From NCBI RefSeq assembly GCF_964194155.1, contig NC_135879.1, positions 207,390,001 to 207,454,000 of the forward strand: 64,000 nt of DNA. The letters run 5' to 3'. The position numbers were made by a program, and so were the translations under genes. Of this stretch, positions 38,641 to 51,400 are shown one piece after another; the first letter of the stretch is position 1; every line of letters starts with the position of its first letter. The notes beneath the pieces were generated by a model. The model had not been told where the DNA came from. It worked only from the letters and a program-made list of their open reading frames with translations, and did no database searches. The DNA is from Cetorhinus maximus. Its lineage: Eukaryota.

Positions 38641-40131
38641 GTTAGGAATGGCACACTGTTGACAAAATCCTCCCCATCATGATTAGATCCCCTCACCAGT
38701 GAAGGTGTAGTACCTCAATTTTGCAAAATGACTTTTAATTACAACTGCATGGTCTAGTTAAGTTATCACCAGCCCTCTGGCCCTGCTTGACTTGCAGGAT
38801 ACATTCCCTAGTTTTAACTTGACGTTCCTATTGAGACTGGGGCATATTTAAGCCTGATTCAAACCTTGCTTGATGTTATATTTCATTGTTGACGAAAATT
38901 GAGCTGGGTTTAAATGGGACATCTGACCTAAACACATCCTGTTGTCTCCAGGCACAGTAGGTTAAAATCAGGGTTTTATACTTGACTCCCTGTGTGTACA
39001 CCATTAGACATTGACTTATCTTCTAAGGAAAGTAAAAAAAAATAAGAAAAGAATGCAGATCGCCACACTTGATCTTTTGGACACATTTTTGTTTAAACAG
39101 TAAATGTTGATGGAGGAGTAGTTGAGACTTTTAGGGTGGAATTTAATAAGAGGCATGGGGGTCCTGGGGGCGGAATCAGAAGTAGGCACCACTCCCTCTT
39201 GTGTGTCAGGATCCAGCACACACGCAATTCAGATTAGAACTTAAAGGGCAGGCAGTGGGCACAGGAGACACGTGTGGTTACATGGTGGTGGGGGGCAGGT
39301 ATTCATTGGTCGATCCTGCCATCAGGTGACAATTCAGCAGGTTCTGGCGGGCTATAACAGAGCAGCCTGCATAAACAGGGAGGCTCTGTATCATGGCCAC
39401 AACTTTCCTGTCCACCTCCATTCTATTCGTACTTTGTTCCATTACTTGTTGCAACCCTTCATCGCTCTCACACACCCTCAAACTTCTCCTCCATCACCAC
39501 CACCACCCCCTGCATTTATTATCTTTTTCCTGCCCCCTGCACCCCATCCATAGCATTTCCACAACTCTTTCAATAAAGACGTGACAGATGAGCTGAGTAA
39601 CCAGCAGCAGAAATTCATGTCCTATCTCTCTTCACTTAGAAGCATTGAGTATTTCATTGGCTGTCAAGTGCTGAACAAGGTGTCAGCAGAGGTCATCCAG
39701 CACCACTGGCAAGGGAAACTGCATGTGTGGCACTTGTGGCAGACTTTGTCTTTTCAGAATTAGTTTGTTCAGCCATCACCAAAGCTCTGAGGCTGCGTTC
39801 TCATCATCTCTCACAAGCAGAAGGATGCCAACTATTTGGCTTCGGAAAACAAAATATATGGGGCGGAGTTTTGCCCTCGCCGGGCAGGCTCGGCCAGGAC
39901 AGGCGGGAGCGGTTAGGAAGCCAACTGCCGCCCTCAATCGGGGCTGGACCGCAAATTCACGCTGGCGAGTCAATTAAGGCCTGCCCAGCGTAAACACCGG
40001 CTGGGGAACCTCAGAAAAGGGGCGGGTGGGGGCGGGAGTCTGTGGTCTGCTGGGTCCAATGGTGACCAGGTGGCCAAAAACTGCACAGGCAGCCACAGGG
40101 AGGCTGCCCGCTTTGGACTTGCAGCAGCAAC

Positions 40132-42834
40132 ATGACTGCAAACGAGGGTGCAGAGACCAGGCAGGAGGTGAGGTCGGCTGGGCACTCAGCACCCCCCCAT
40201 TTACAGATGAGTGCCTTGCCGGAGGCGGTGGCTGCCAGAAGGGACACCCTTTTCCTCAGTGATGGGAGGAAGAGGCTACTGCACCTCACAAAGAGGGCAT
40301 GGGAGGAGGTGGCAGCCCGGGTGAACAGTCACGACATGGTGCAGCACACCTGGGTGCAGCGCCAGAAGCACTTCAATGACCTGCTGTGCTCAGGAAGGGT
40401 GAGTACCGTGTTGGCAGGGTTCAATGCATTGAATTGTTTTGGGCTGGCTGTCCCCCTGTGGAGCTCAGGGGTGTTAGAGTCTGAGTGCCAACTGTCAATC
40501 ACACTGGAGCTGGCCAAGGGAATGAGCCCTGGCTGCTTTGACTGAGTGCCTTCCGGCTCGAGGGCCACGACTCGGATGTGCCCTGCAAGGTGCTCCCCAG
40601 CTGGGGTTGGTCAGGTTGCAATGTCGCTGCAGGTAGAGAGTGGACTAATCAATGTTCCTCTGTCTTTCCAGGAGAAGACATCCCTTGCAATATTGAGAGG
40701 CTGCAGACTGGCAGAGGACCTCCACACTTCCTCACCCTCTCCCGGCATGAGCAAGAGGCCTTGAAGCTTGAGAGGCGCCATGCACCTCAATCAACCGGCC
40801 GCGGTGTGGCTGGGGTGTCAGACCTCAGACTACAAAACTACACCCAAGGTGAGTATTAACCCGTCCCCACCCTGGCAAAGCATTACCAGGGTTGTGTGGG
40901 CTCCCAAAGCACTTCTGACAAATTTTAGCACTTATATGGGGACACTGGCTGCAGGTTAACAGGGAGCGAAAGAAGAGGCATGGCATCAGTTCCAATTATT
41001 GATAAAGCCCCCGCCCCTCTATCAGATTCCCAGCCTATCCTCTCTGGCAGGTACCCGAAATCCACCCTTTGTGTCAAGGTTGCTGACCATTGGCACTATA
41101 ACAAGGTGAGCACCCCACATGTCAGCAGCACTTCTGTCAGGGTCAAAGTCCAATAACTCTTCACAATGTCTCCTCAGGCTCATTTTTCACTAAACTGTGA
41201 AACCTCCTGCTTCCCTCAGAATTTCCTTTCCCCTCCAGTTTACAGTTGTTTAAAGTATAAGCTTGTTTTCACTATCCAGTATTTCTTGATTTAACTTATC
41301 AGCGCCCAAACTACTTTTCCAACATTGGCTTTGTCTGCTACACTGAACATTAACTCTTCACCTGGAGCATGAACATTAATGACCAGAGCCATGCATTGGT
41401 TAGTAATTAACTTAACAACTGCTGATCACGGTATTAGCAGATAAACATTTAACATATTCATTTTGAAATTCTGTAACTTAATGCAGGTATTAATCCATTA
41501 AGCATTTGTCCACTAATATCAGTGATACTAGTTCCCAGCAAATCATTTTTAATAAATAAACACTGATGTTCTGGATTCCTATTTGTCCCCTGTGGGGACG
41601 GTAAACCAAAATAACCAAATTTACCCAATGACCTCCAAATGAAGAAATTACCAACAAGACTGCAGCGCACTGAGGTGAGAGTTTTTCAAACATTCTTGTG
41701 CAGTCTCATCATTGATGGAGGCCTCCAGACTGGATTCCTCATTGATCATTGAAAGATGATGGCACCGTGATACAGATCTCCATGGTCTCACCAGGGTGCC
41801 TGGCATGCACAGGGACAGTGTCATGACTTAAACTAATGACATATCCTTCTTCTCCCTTAGATCTGCCACCAAGCAGCCAAGCGCAGGACCTGCGGGAGCT
41901 ACCCTTGACCCCGGAGGATGACTATGCTCCCCAAGTACCTGCATCATACCCATTCTCTGAAGCAGGCACCAGTGCAGATACCAGCACCTTGGTGGGCATT
42001 AGTTCGGCAGCTAGTATCTCGGTGCACATTGGTGAGGGCACTTCACGCTCGCTTGAGGTGCAGGCGGAGGCAGAGAGTGCCCAGGGAGCTGGCAGTCAGA
42101 GGACTGCTGGAGACCAGGATGATGCTCAGTCAAAGGCCGATGATGAGCCTCTGGGATTGTCCAAGAGGCAGCAGATGCTGGATGTCCAGTGGGGTGTGCA
42201 GGTGATCTGGTGGAGATATATGAGGGAATGCATGCAATGGTGTCCGTTGTGGAGGAGTCCCTGCAGAGAGCCACCACTGCGTTGACCCTTATGGCCGAGC
42301 ACAATGCCTACTCCATGGAGAGTGGCGACTCTCATGGACAGGCTGCTCCAGGAACAGAATGAGGAGTTCCTGGGGTCGCGCTCGGACCTGCCAGCCCTCA
42401 GACAGGCAATAACCTCAGCTGTTTAGTGTCCATGTATGATATGGACGACGCGCCCAGTATCCCAGCTAGGTGCCCATCCATCAATGGTGAGCAGGGAGGT
42501 CCAATGCGACCTCACATAGGCGCACAAGCTGCTTGTCGTCTCTGCAGGTTCCTCTCAGGGCGCTCTGGATGATGGTATCAGCTCCTCTGCCCTTCTACCA
42601 GTGACCATGGCATCTGATGAGGCTGCGGCAACTGGGGGGTGGGGGGGGCCAGCCATGGAACTGGCTGCTCCCTCTCAGGCGGGGCCAGCACGGACTCCAC
42701 TGGCCAGAGGATGACCGCCAAGGTCATCAAGGCCAACAGGACAGCAGAGTCAGCAGGTTGTCTCCAATGCCGGTGCCAGCGAGGGGGGAGCACCAAGACG
42801 TAGCACCCGTAAACATAAGTTTAAAGCACTTTAA
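40132..42834 (+). pseudogene. Harbinger Myb/SANT-like (trihelix) DNA-binding gene, decayed, at least 3 exons
   Basis: EAVAARRDTLF..KRAWEEVAARVNS..TWVQRQKHFNDL. Donor GT at 40399; acceptors before 40672 (EKT..ERLQTGRG) and 41861. Frameshifts are present. Confidence 0.75.
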
Positions 42835-43149
42835 GCAGAAGAGTGACTGGTCATGGGCGATCTTTTGTTCCCCCACATTGTTTTTCTCTTTTTAATAGTG
42901 TGACTACCAACACCGGATATTGTCCTGTTCAATACTTTGTGAGTTTCAATATTAAATTATATTTGCTTTTGTGTTATGGTCTGAGTATGCTTCATTTGTT
43001 TTGTAGGTGCAGGGTAGGCCAGTATGTAATGCCGGATGTGGGTGGCTCGAAATTTTATTGCACAGGCACTGAGCATATCTTGGGGGCTAAGGAAAGGGTC
43101 ATTTCTATGATCCAGGATGGAGGCGGCAGCCCTGGCATGAGGTGGTAGC

Positions 43150-43392
43150 TCTTATTTGTCAGCCTGAAGGACCATTGGATCAAAGTGTCCCTGGTGTCCC
43201 TGCATCCCTGGAGGTTACAGTGGTCTGGCTCCATGCCCTCAGCATTCTCCTCACCGTGCTCCTCTTCTGACTCACTACTGGACTCATCATCTGAGGCCTG
43301 TGCAGCTGCCTCAAGATCCTCTCCCTCCACTGGGTCCCCCTCTTGCTAGTGCCAGATTGCGGAAGGTGCAACATGCAACCACTATCAGTGAC
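43150..43392 (-). pseudogene. C-terminal fragment of a Harbinger (HARBI1-like) DDE transposase
   Basis: SLIVVACCTFRNLALARG (the I/V-ACC-x-LHN motif), then an acidic tract and RDTLIQWSF. Confidence 0.8.
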
Positions 43393-43604
43393 ACTATCAG
43401 TGACGGGAAACGTTAAATCGCCATCAATTGGGCTGTCAAGCGCCTTAACTGGCCTCTTAGTTAATGGCGGGCGCGGCTCCGACTCCTGCGCACGCCTGCC
43501 GAGCGAAATATCATGCAAGTGCGTGATGACGTCGGGACGCTTGCCCGACGCCTTTTATGCTCATTCGGGTCGAGCGCCCACCCGCCTGACGAGTGGAAAA
43601 TACT

Positions 43605-43716
43605 AAACAAAAACAGAATTACCTGGAAAAACTCAGCAGGTCTGGCAGCATCGGCGGAGAAGAAAAGAGTTGACGTTTCGAGTCCTCATGACCAGTAGTT
43701 TTTTGTTTTTATCTCT
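43605..43716 (-). mobile_element. Penelope-like fragment inserted in the Harbinger right TIR
   Basis: 14-bp TSD GAGTGGAAAATACT at 43591-43604 and 43717-43730. Contains GACTCGAAACGTC on the minus strand. Confidence 0.85.
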
Positions 43717-45330
43717 GAGTGGAAAATACTGCTCATGAAAAGTATTAAATTTTAACTTTTTAAAGAACGCATACACAGAGTTAGCATAGGATTATTGAGA
43801 CTCAACATTAACTAGGCTGTGCTAGCTTTAGTCCCTTTTTAGGAAGGAGTGTCGCAATGTCGGTCTTGGTGCTCCCATTAGGTATGCCTCTAGGAAAGTA
43901 TTTGTTCAACCCATTTCCCCATCTAAGTGTATGTGCAAGTAACAAGTTCAAAGCTAATGGCAGGGCTTTCACTGCGCAGCACCTTACCGCTCCAATTACA
44001 TAGGTATGTGAAACATGAGTATGCACTTCCATGTGCATTTACTTTAATTAAAGCAAGCTACAGGTTTACATTTGTCTAATTAACAATTCTCTGCTAAACA
44101 TTTCCACAAATGCAATAGGTTGAGCGCACTAAGAGAAAGCAAACCTCAGAAATTATCCTACTTTCAATTTTCACTGCTGTGGGTATGGGAGTTTATTTTC
44201 AGAAAAACTCTTCAACAAATGTGCTATTTATTTTGAATTTGCCTGGCTCCCTAGATCTATCTGTGAGAAACAGGGAACGCACTGATTTTACACAAATATC
44301 TGAAAATTTCCGTGGAGGCCTGTCACTAATAATAGATCACCTCTACCTCAGAGCCTGGAAGCAGAAGTTCCTCCCAGAGTAAATATAAAATGATACTCCA
44401 TAGTACAAAAAGATAAAAGAAAAAGCCGTGTTCCTCTGTCAACAGCTTATGCACCACACAGTGAAAAGGTGAATTTCATTTCATAAATTCTAACTAAATG
44501 CACAGACCTTAATTTACTCTTACTACAATAAGGACCACACATGCAGTAGTGAAGGTGATAAATTGATACAGTACAAGGGGTAGTGAGTTCCTTTGTAAGG
44601 ACAGGTTTTACAATCCCTACCCAACAGTAGGAGTAGGAAAGTACAATGATGGTGGCATCATTTGTAATTATATACAAGGTATGAATTAAAAAATACTTAA
44701 AGAGCAGCAGAAAGGATGGAACCACTGTAGAAACAGGCTATTTGGTCAAACAGGTTCATGCCAGTGCTAATAATCCACATGAGCCTCCTCTGACGCCACT
44801 TCTTTTAGCCCTAGTAATGTATTTTACTATCCCTCTCTGCCTCGCTTTAACAAGTTTCACATTCTAACTGCTCCCTGCATAAAGAGGTTTCTCCTGAATG
44901 TTCTAATGGATTCATTAGTGATTATCTTATATTTATGGCTGTTAAGGAATTTTAAAAATGTCCAGTCCTTAACCCAACTGATGAAGAACTTTAATCTTTG
45001 CCAAGAGCAGGGAGGTACAATTAGACACAAAATGTAGAAAAAAAAAATAATAATGTGGCTAATCTTGAGACTGCGTGCTGCGTGCCAAAATCTTGCCCTC
45101 GATATTTCAGTTGGCAGAGTTTCCCCTCCTGCCACCCGAGGAGTCAGCGGCAACACACCTTTGCCCATGCTGCCTGCGCCGCAGCCACCACATCACTGTG
45201 ACTGCAGTACATTCAATTCAGAGGATGTACTGCACTTGCCAAGGCTACTTCAAAACATCTTCCTTCCCTGTAACCTCTATCGCCTAGAAGGACAAGAACA
45301 GCAATGTGCTGGGAACACCAGCATCTCCAA

Positions 45331-45655
45331 GGGCAGGATTTTCGGGTTGGCGGGCGGCTGCAATCGGCAGGCCTGGGAGTGGCCAATTAACGGCCAGCCA
45401 GTGTGAAAGGTGCGCTGAGGGGTTCAGGGCTGCCGGGATGGGGGCAGGAGGAGGGGAGCACGGAATGAAACCACCCTGAAGGCAGAGAGCTGCCTCAGGG
45501 AGCTGAAGAATTTAAGTTCAATAAAAACAGATTTTAAAATCCGGATAAAATGCCCATGCATTAGAATGTGTCACCTAAACAACTGGATGCTGAAATTTGT
45601 GTCCAAAAATTTTTACCTTTTCTTATAGTAATGACAGAAACCTCATCCCGCCTTC
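45331..45655. mobile_element. Truncated Harbinger-type MITE following a LINE-B fragment (~45200-45330)
   Basis: Starts GGGCAGGATTTTC and contains the CCCTGA..GC/GCCTCAGGG hairpin and AAACCTCATCC. Confidence 0.7.
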
Positions 45656-45659
45656 ACCC

Positions 45660-46020
45660 TGAAGCATTGCAGTCTTGATGTCAGCAGTCTGGCCAATATT
45701 TATCCCTCAATCAATACATTATCTGGTCATTAACAGATTGCTGTGCGCAAGTTGGTTGTCATGGTTCCTACATTACAACACTGACTATACTTCAAAGATA
45801 CTTCATTGGCTGTCAAGCACTTTGGGACATTTGGTGGTTGTGAAAGGTGCTACATAAATGCAAGTATTCCTTTTTTTAACCTCTTTGCCCAAGCTTTTGG
45901 TCACCTGCTCTTACATTTCTTTATGTTGATCGATGTCAGTTTTTGTTTGGTAACGCTTTTGTGAAGCATCTTGAGATGTTTTACCACAGTAAAGATGCTA
46001 TATAAATGCAAGTTGTTAGT
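45660..46020 (+). mobile_element. Deu-domain SINE 3' part followed by an L2 3' tail
   Basis: CTGGCCAATATTTATCCCTCAA...TTCATTGGCTGT...ATAAATGCAAGT, then a second L2-type tail ending GCTATATAAATGCAAGTTGTT. Confidence 0.65.
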
Positions 46021-46952
46021 GCAATTCAGTAGAGGTAATGCGGCAAAGGCATCGAGCAATGAAGCTAAAACAAATATTGGTCTGCAAGCAAAACCACATT
46101 TGAGCAAACCAGTCTACCTAAATTAAAACAAATGAAAATTGCCTCAGAGCTAAGATTTACTTAATGAATTAAAAATGGCAAAAGTTATTACCCATGTTTT
46201 CCCATGCAAATAATTTAGAGAAGATCATTACTATTGTGAGAGGGTAGCATAGTTTAAAAATGAGACACAGACAACCGCTGAACAATTCCTGTCACCAGAA
46301 ACCCATGAAAAGGAATGTGGTGACGCACACATGTTTATTATTGCTGCTAATATGTGTTGAAAAGTAATTCTTCAAAAATTGGCATGCTGCATATGTAAGC
46401 AAGGAATCTATCATCAGAGAATGCATTTCAACCAAGGGAGATCTTAATAGCAAGAGGTTATAAACCTAATCCTTTCAATACAAAGATGATCTTACTTCTC
46501 TGAGGTGTGTTCCATGTTGAAGGGTTGGAGGGGGTCGGATTGTAGGAATGGATTTCCTAAATGACAACTTTAATTTTTGTTGGTAGATTTCCCATCAGGG
46601 TCTGGTTGCCTGTTGTGCAGGAAAGCCTCCAGTACAAGGCCACAGCTAAGCAGGTACTTCAAGAAGGGGTTGGAGGGGGCTGGTAATCAAGGGGTGGTGA
46701 TGGGGGGTGGTTGGTGATGAGCAGGGCAGGGGCATCTGATTGCAGGTTATTTATTATATTGCAAAGGGGGAGGCAGAAGATCACATGGGGAAAGAGTTTA
46801 CAAGCAAACTTGTTGGGCCTCGAGTAAGCACTCCTGCTCCTACTGCACCAATGCAGCAGTACTGTAAATGCAAACATATTTGGGATTAAAATTAGCTTTT
46901 ACAATTGGCAAGGATATTCTGAAATATTTCACATACATATACGTGTCAATAC

Positions 46953-48978
46953 TGTTAGGAAATAGAGATAGTTTAAGTAAGTTATATTGGTATTTGTGGG
47001 TGTTAGGAATGAGTTTTAGCTTTAATGGTTAAGTTTGATTTGTATTTCTGTATCTGTGTGTTAAGAAAAGGATGCGGTGAGTTTTAGTTTCACTTTAAAA
47101 GTTGCCTGCATTTCTAATGAGAGTTTACAACTGTACGAAAAGTTAAGCAAACACAAGTGTAGAAAAACTGGGCTGTTGCCTAGCAACACTGGTCCAGCGG
47201 GGCAGGTCCCTTCCACAGAAACACAGAAGGAACTAGAAACAGCAGTTTTTGAGTTTCAGCTTTGAAGACAGCTGCCAGGCAAAAGCAGCCTAGAAGGGGC
47301 AGATAGTCAGTCCCAAGCTAAAGTTGGTCAAAAGTAGCTGCCAGAGAGAGACTGGAGCAAAAGGGACAAATAGCGAGTCCCAAGCTAAAGAAGAAAGTCC
47401 CAAAGAATCTAGGGGAGTGGAACAGGAGAAAGTCCCAGGTCTTCTAGTCAAAGCAAGGACAGGAACCTGGAAAACGCCCTGTTAAGTGAAGTTAAGAGTG
47501 AGGGGCAGAGAGAGACTCCAAGCTTCAAGCTTAAAGCTCCAAGCTGCAGGAAGCAGAGTCAAAGTGATATAAAAGCTTGTGAGAAGTCAGAAGGTCCAAA
47601 GAGGCAACTGAAAGTCTGTAACTCTTTGATATGGGCACGTGAAGCAGTGGTGTACTGTTGACAGCTCAGTCAGTGAGAGAGAGAGTGCATGGAAGAAAGC
47701 TTGAATGCTTGCAGTGATCCAGGGGAGAGGAACATTGGAAAGAGAGTTTGAAACGCTGGAGGTGAACCCTTGCAGAGGGTGTCTGAGAAAAAGCATCATG
47801 CTTGGGAGAAGACTCCAAGGCAAGTTCTTGGAAAGTGGAGATTGGAAACCCTCGTATGAAAGACGGAGTTCAGTGAGACTTGTTGGCTTACGGTGTAACA
47901 AGCGTCTGAGGGGAGTTGAGGAGAGATCTGTAGCATCTATCTGGGGTAGCATCTGTCATTTTGCTTCACAGTGTAGTGTGTCGGACGACAGGTCACCAAT
48001 AGGTTCATATGGACTGTGTACTTACTGTTAATAGTAAAGTATAAGATAAAAGCAAAAAATTGCAGATGCTGGAAATCCAAAACAAAAATAAAAATACCTG
48101 GAAAAACTCAGCAGGTCTGACAGCATTTGCGGAGAGGAACACAGTTAACGTTTTGAGTCCGTATGACTTCAACAGAACTAAGGAAAAATAGAAGAGAGGT
48201 GAAATATAAACTGGTTTGGGTGGGGGGGGGGTGGGGTTGTGGGGAACAGGTAGAGCTGGATAGAGGGCCAGTGATAGGTGGAGATTGCCAAAAGATGTCA
48301 TAGACAAAAGGACAAAGAGGTATTGACGGTGGTGATATTAGCTAAGAAATGTGCTAATAGGTGACATTAAGGGTAGAAAGCAGGAGGAGCAAGGTACAGA
48401 TAGCCTTAGTGGGGGTGGGGGGAAGGGATCAAAATAGGCTAAAAGGTAGAGATAAAACAATGGATGAAAATACATTTAAAAATAATGGAAATAGATGGGA
48501 AAAGAAAAATCTATATAAATTATTGGAAAAAAGGGGGATCGGAAAGGGGGTGGGGATGGAGGAGAGAGTTCATGATCTAAAATTGTTGAAGTCAATATTC
48601 AGTCCGGAAGGCTGTAAAGTGCCTAGTCGGAAGATGAGGTGCTGTTCCTCCGGTTTGCGTTGAGCTTCACTGGAACATTGCAGCAGGCCAAGAACGGACA
48701 TGTGGGCATGAGAGCAGGGTGGAGTGTTGAAATGGCAAGCGACAGGGAGGTCTGGGTCATGCTTGCGGACAGACAAGTATAAGATAGCTTTTTTAACTTC
48801 TGTTATCCTTACAAATCTGTATCTATCTGTAAAGGTATAGTTGTGGGTGAAGGAGTATTGTAATATAGTTCATCTTTTCTTGTTAAATAAATGTTTTATT
48901 AAATGTTAGGATCTATCAAGCTGGGCTCCACCCTGGGATTAGGCTTGTCAAGTGGTAGCATCAGCTGGGATCATAACA
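46953..48978 (+). mobile_element. Solo LTR (~1.29 kb without the nested insert)
   Basis: TGTTA...TAACA termini, 4-bp TSD ATAC, and AATAAA at ~48886. Confidence 0.8.
48049..48774 (-). mobile_element. 5'-truncated Penelope-like element (GIY-YIG C-terminus plus pseudo-LTR)
   Basis: PVACHFN..H..GL...RKPEEQHLIFRLGTLQPSGLN. 12-bp TSD AAGTATAAGATA at 48037-48048 and 48775-48786. Hammerhead mutated (CTGTTGA...CAAAACGTT). Confidence 0.9.
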
Positions 48979-49412
48979 ATACACACATGAGTTAATATAT
49001 TAAAGGTTACAAAGAGTTTTATAAAACAGAAAGAAGCCTTTCGGCCTAACCTGTCTGCGCTGGTGTTTATGCTCTGCACAAGCCTCCTCCCACTCTATTT
49101 AACTTTTTCACCGTATTGACATATCCATCTATTCCTGTCTCCCTCATGTACTTATCCAGCTTCCCTTTAAATGCATTTATGCTATTCGCCTTAACTACTC
49201 CCTGTGGTAGCAACCTTCACAATCGAACCATTCTCTGAGTAAAGAAATTTCTCCTAAACTCCTAAATAGCATTTTCAGTGACTTTTTATTTTTTATGGCC
49301 CCAAGTTTTGGACCCCTCCACAGTAGAAATATCTTCTCTAAATCTTGCCTATCAAAGCCCTTCATAGCTTGAAAGACAAATTAGTGCAACTTTTTTGACT
49401 ATAGTTCTATAA

Positions 49413-51400
49413 TGGGATGTGGGCGTCACTGGCTAGGCCAGCATTTATTGCCCATCCCTAATTGTCCTTGAGAAGGTGGTCGTGAGCTGCCTTCTTGAAC
49501 TGCTGCAGTCCATCTATTGTAGGTATACCCACTGTGTGATTAAGAAGGGAGTTCCAGGATTTTGACCCAGCTACAGTGAAGAAACGGTGATATATTTTCA
49601 AGTCAAGATGCTGTGTGGTTTGGAGCGGAACTTGCAGATGGTGATGTTCCCATGCATCTGCTGCCCTTGTCCTCCTAGGTGTAGAGATCACAAGTTGGGA
49701 AGGAGCCTCCCTCAGTTGTTGCAGTGCATCTTGTATATTGTACACACTGCTGCCAATGTGCGTCGGTGGTAGAGGGAGTCAATGTTTGTGGATGGGATGC
49801 CAAACAAGCAAGCTGCTTTGTCCTGGATGGTGTCAAGCTTCTTGAATGTTGTTGGAGCTGTACTGATCAAGGTAAGTGGAGTGTATGCCATCACATTCCT
49901 GACTTGTGCCTGGTAGATGGTGGACAGACCTCGGGGAGTCAGGAGGTGAGTTATTCAGCGTGGGATTCCCAGCCTCTGACCTGCACTTGTAGCCATAGTA
50001 TTTATATGGTTAGTCCAGTTCAGTTTCTCAGGTCAATAATAACCTCTAAAATCAAGGATTCAGCAATGGTAATGCCATTGAATGCCAAGGGGAGACAGTT
50101 GAATTCTCTCTTGTTTGAGATGGTCATTCCCTGGCACATGTTTGGCATGAATGTTACTTGCCACTAATCAGCCCAACCCTGGATATTGGCCAGGTCTTGC
50201 TGCATTTGGGCATGGAATGCTTCAGTATCTGAGGAGTCGCGAATGGTGCTGAACATTGTGCAATCATCAGCGAACATCCCCACCTCTGACCTTATGATGG
50301 AAGGAAGGTTATTGATGAAGCATCTGTTTCGGCCTAGGACACTACCCTGAGGAACTCCTGCAGTGATGTCCTGGAGCTGAGATGACTGACTTCCAACAAC
50401 CACAACCATCTTCCTTTGTGCTAGGTATGACTCCAACCAACAGAGAGTTTCCCCCCTGATTCCCATTGATTCATGTTTTGCTAGGGCTCCTTGATGCCAC
50501 ATTCGGTCAAATGTTGCCATGATATCAAGAACAATCAATCTCATCTCACCTCTGGAATTTAGCTCTTTAGTAGTGCATGTTTGAAACAAGGCTGTAATGA
50601 GGTCAGGAGCTGAATGGCCCTGGCTAGGTTATTGCTGAGTGAGTGCCGCTTAAAGCACTGTTGATGACACCTTCCCTCAATGTGCTGATGACCAAGAGTA
50701 GACTGATGCGGCGGTAATTGGCTGGATTGGATTTTTCCTGATTTTTGTGGACAGGACATTCCTGGGCAATTTTCTACATTGCTGGGTAGATGCCAGTGTT
50801 TTAGCTGTACTGGAACAGCTTGGCTAGTGACATGGCTAGTTCTGGAGTACAAGTCTTCAGTAATATTGACGGAATATTGTCAGGGCCCATAGCCTTTGCA
50901 GTATTCAGTACCTTCAGGAGTTTCTTAATATTATGTGGTGTGGAATAATTGAATTAGCTGAAGACTGACATTTGTGGTGCTGGGAATCTCAGGAGGCGGT
51001 TGCAAATGCTTCAGCCTTATCTTTTGCATTGATGTACTGGGCTCTCCCATCACTGAGGATGGGGATATTTGTAGAGCTTCCTCCTCCAGTTAGTTGTTTA
51101 ATTGTCCACCACCATTCACGACTGGATGTGGCAGTACTGCAGTGCCTAGATATGATCCTCTAGTTGTGAGATCACTTAGCTCTGTCTATTGCATGCTACT
51201 TCCACTGCTGGCATCCAAGTAGTCCTGTGTTATAGCTTCACCAGGTTAGCACCTCATTTTTTGGTGTGCCTGGTGTTGCTCTTGGCATGCCCTCTTGCAC
51301 TCCTCATTGAACCAGGCTTGATCCCCCGGCCTGATTGTAATGGTAGAGTGAGGGATACGCCGGGCTATGAGCTTACAGATTGTGGTCAAATACACTTCTG
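49413..51400 (-). mobile_element. LINE-B, ~2 kb, 5'-truncated
   Basis: LDIMATFDRMWH, AGVPQGSVLG and MFADD, with the conserved 3'UTR. Confidence 0.9.

Larger units (their letters stand above)
39861..43734. mobile_element. Internally deleted PIF/Harbinger transposon (3.9 kb)
   Basis: Imperfect TIR GGGCGGAGTTTTGCCCTC / GAGTGGAAAATACTGCTC and TSD ATG. Carries a spliced Myb/SANT-like gene on + and a transposase C-terminus on -. Confidence 0.88.

Noticed and set aside
40132-43392. Domesticated NAIF1/HARBI1-like host genes
   Set aside because: The frames are disrupted, most of the transposase is deleted, and the region is bounded by TIRs and a TSD.
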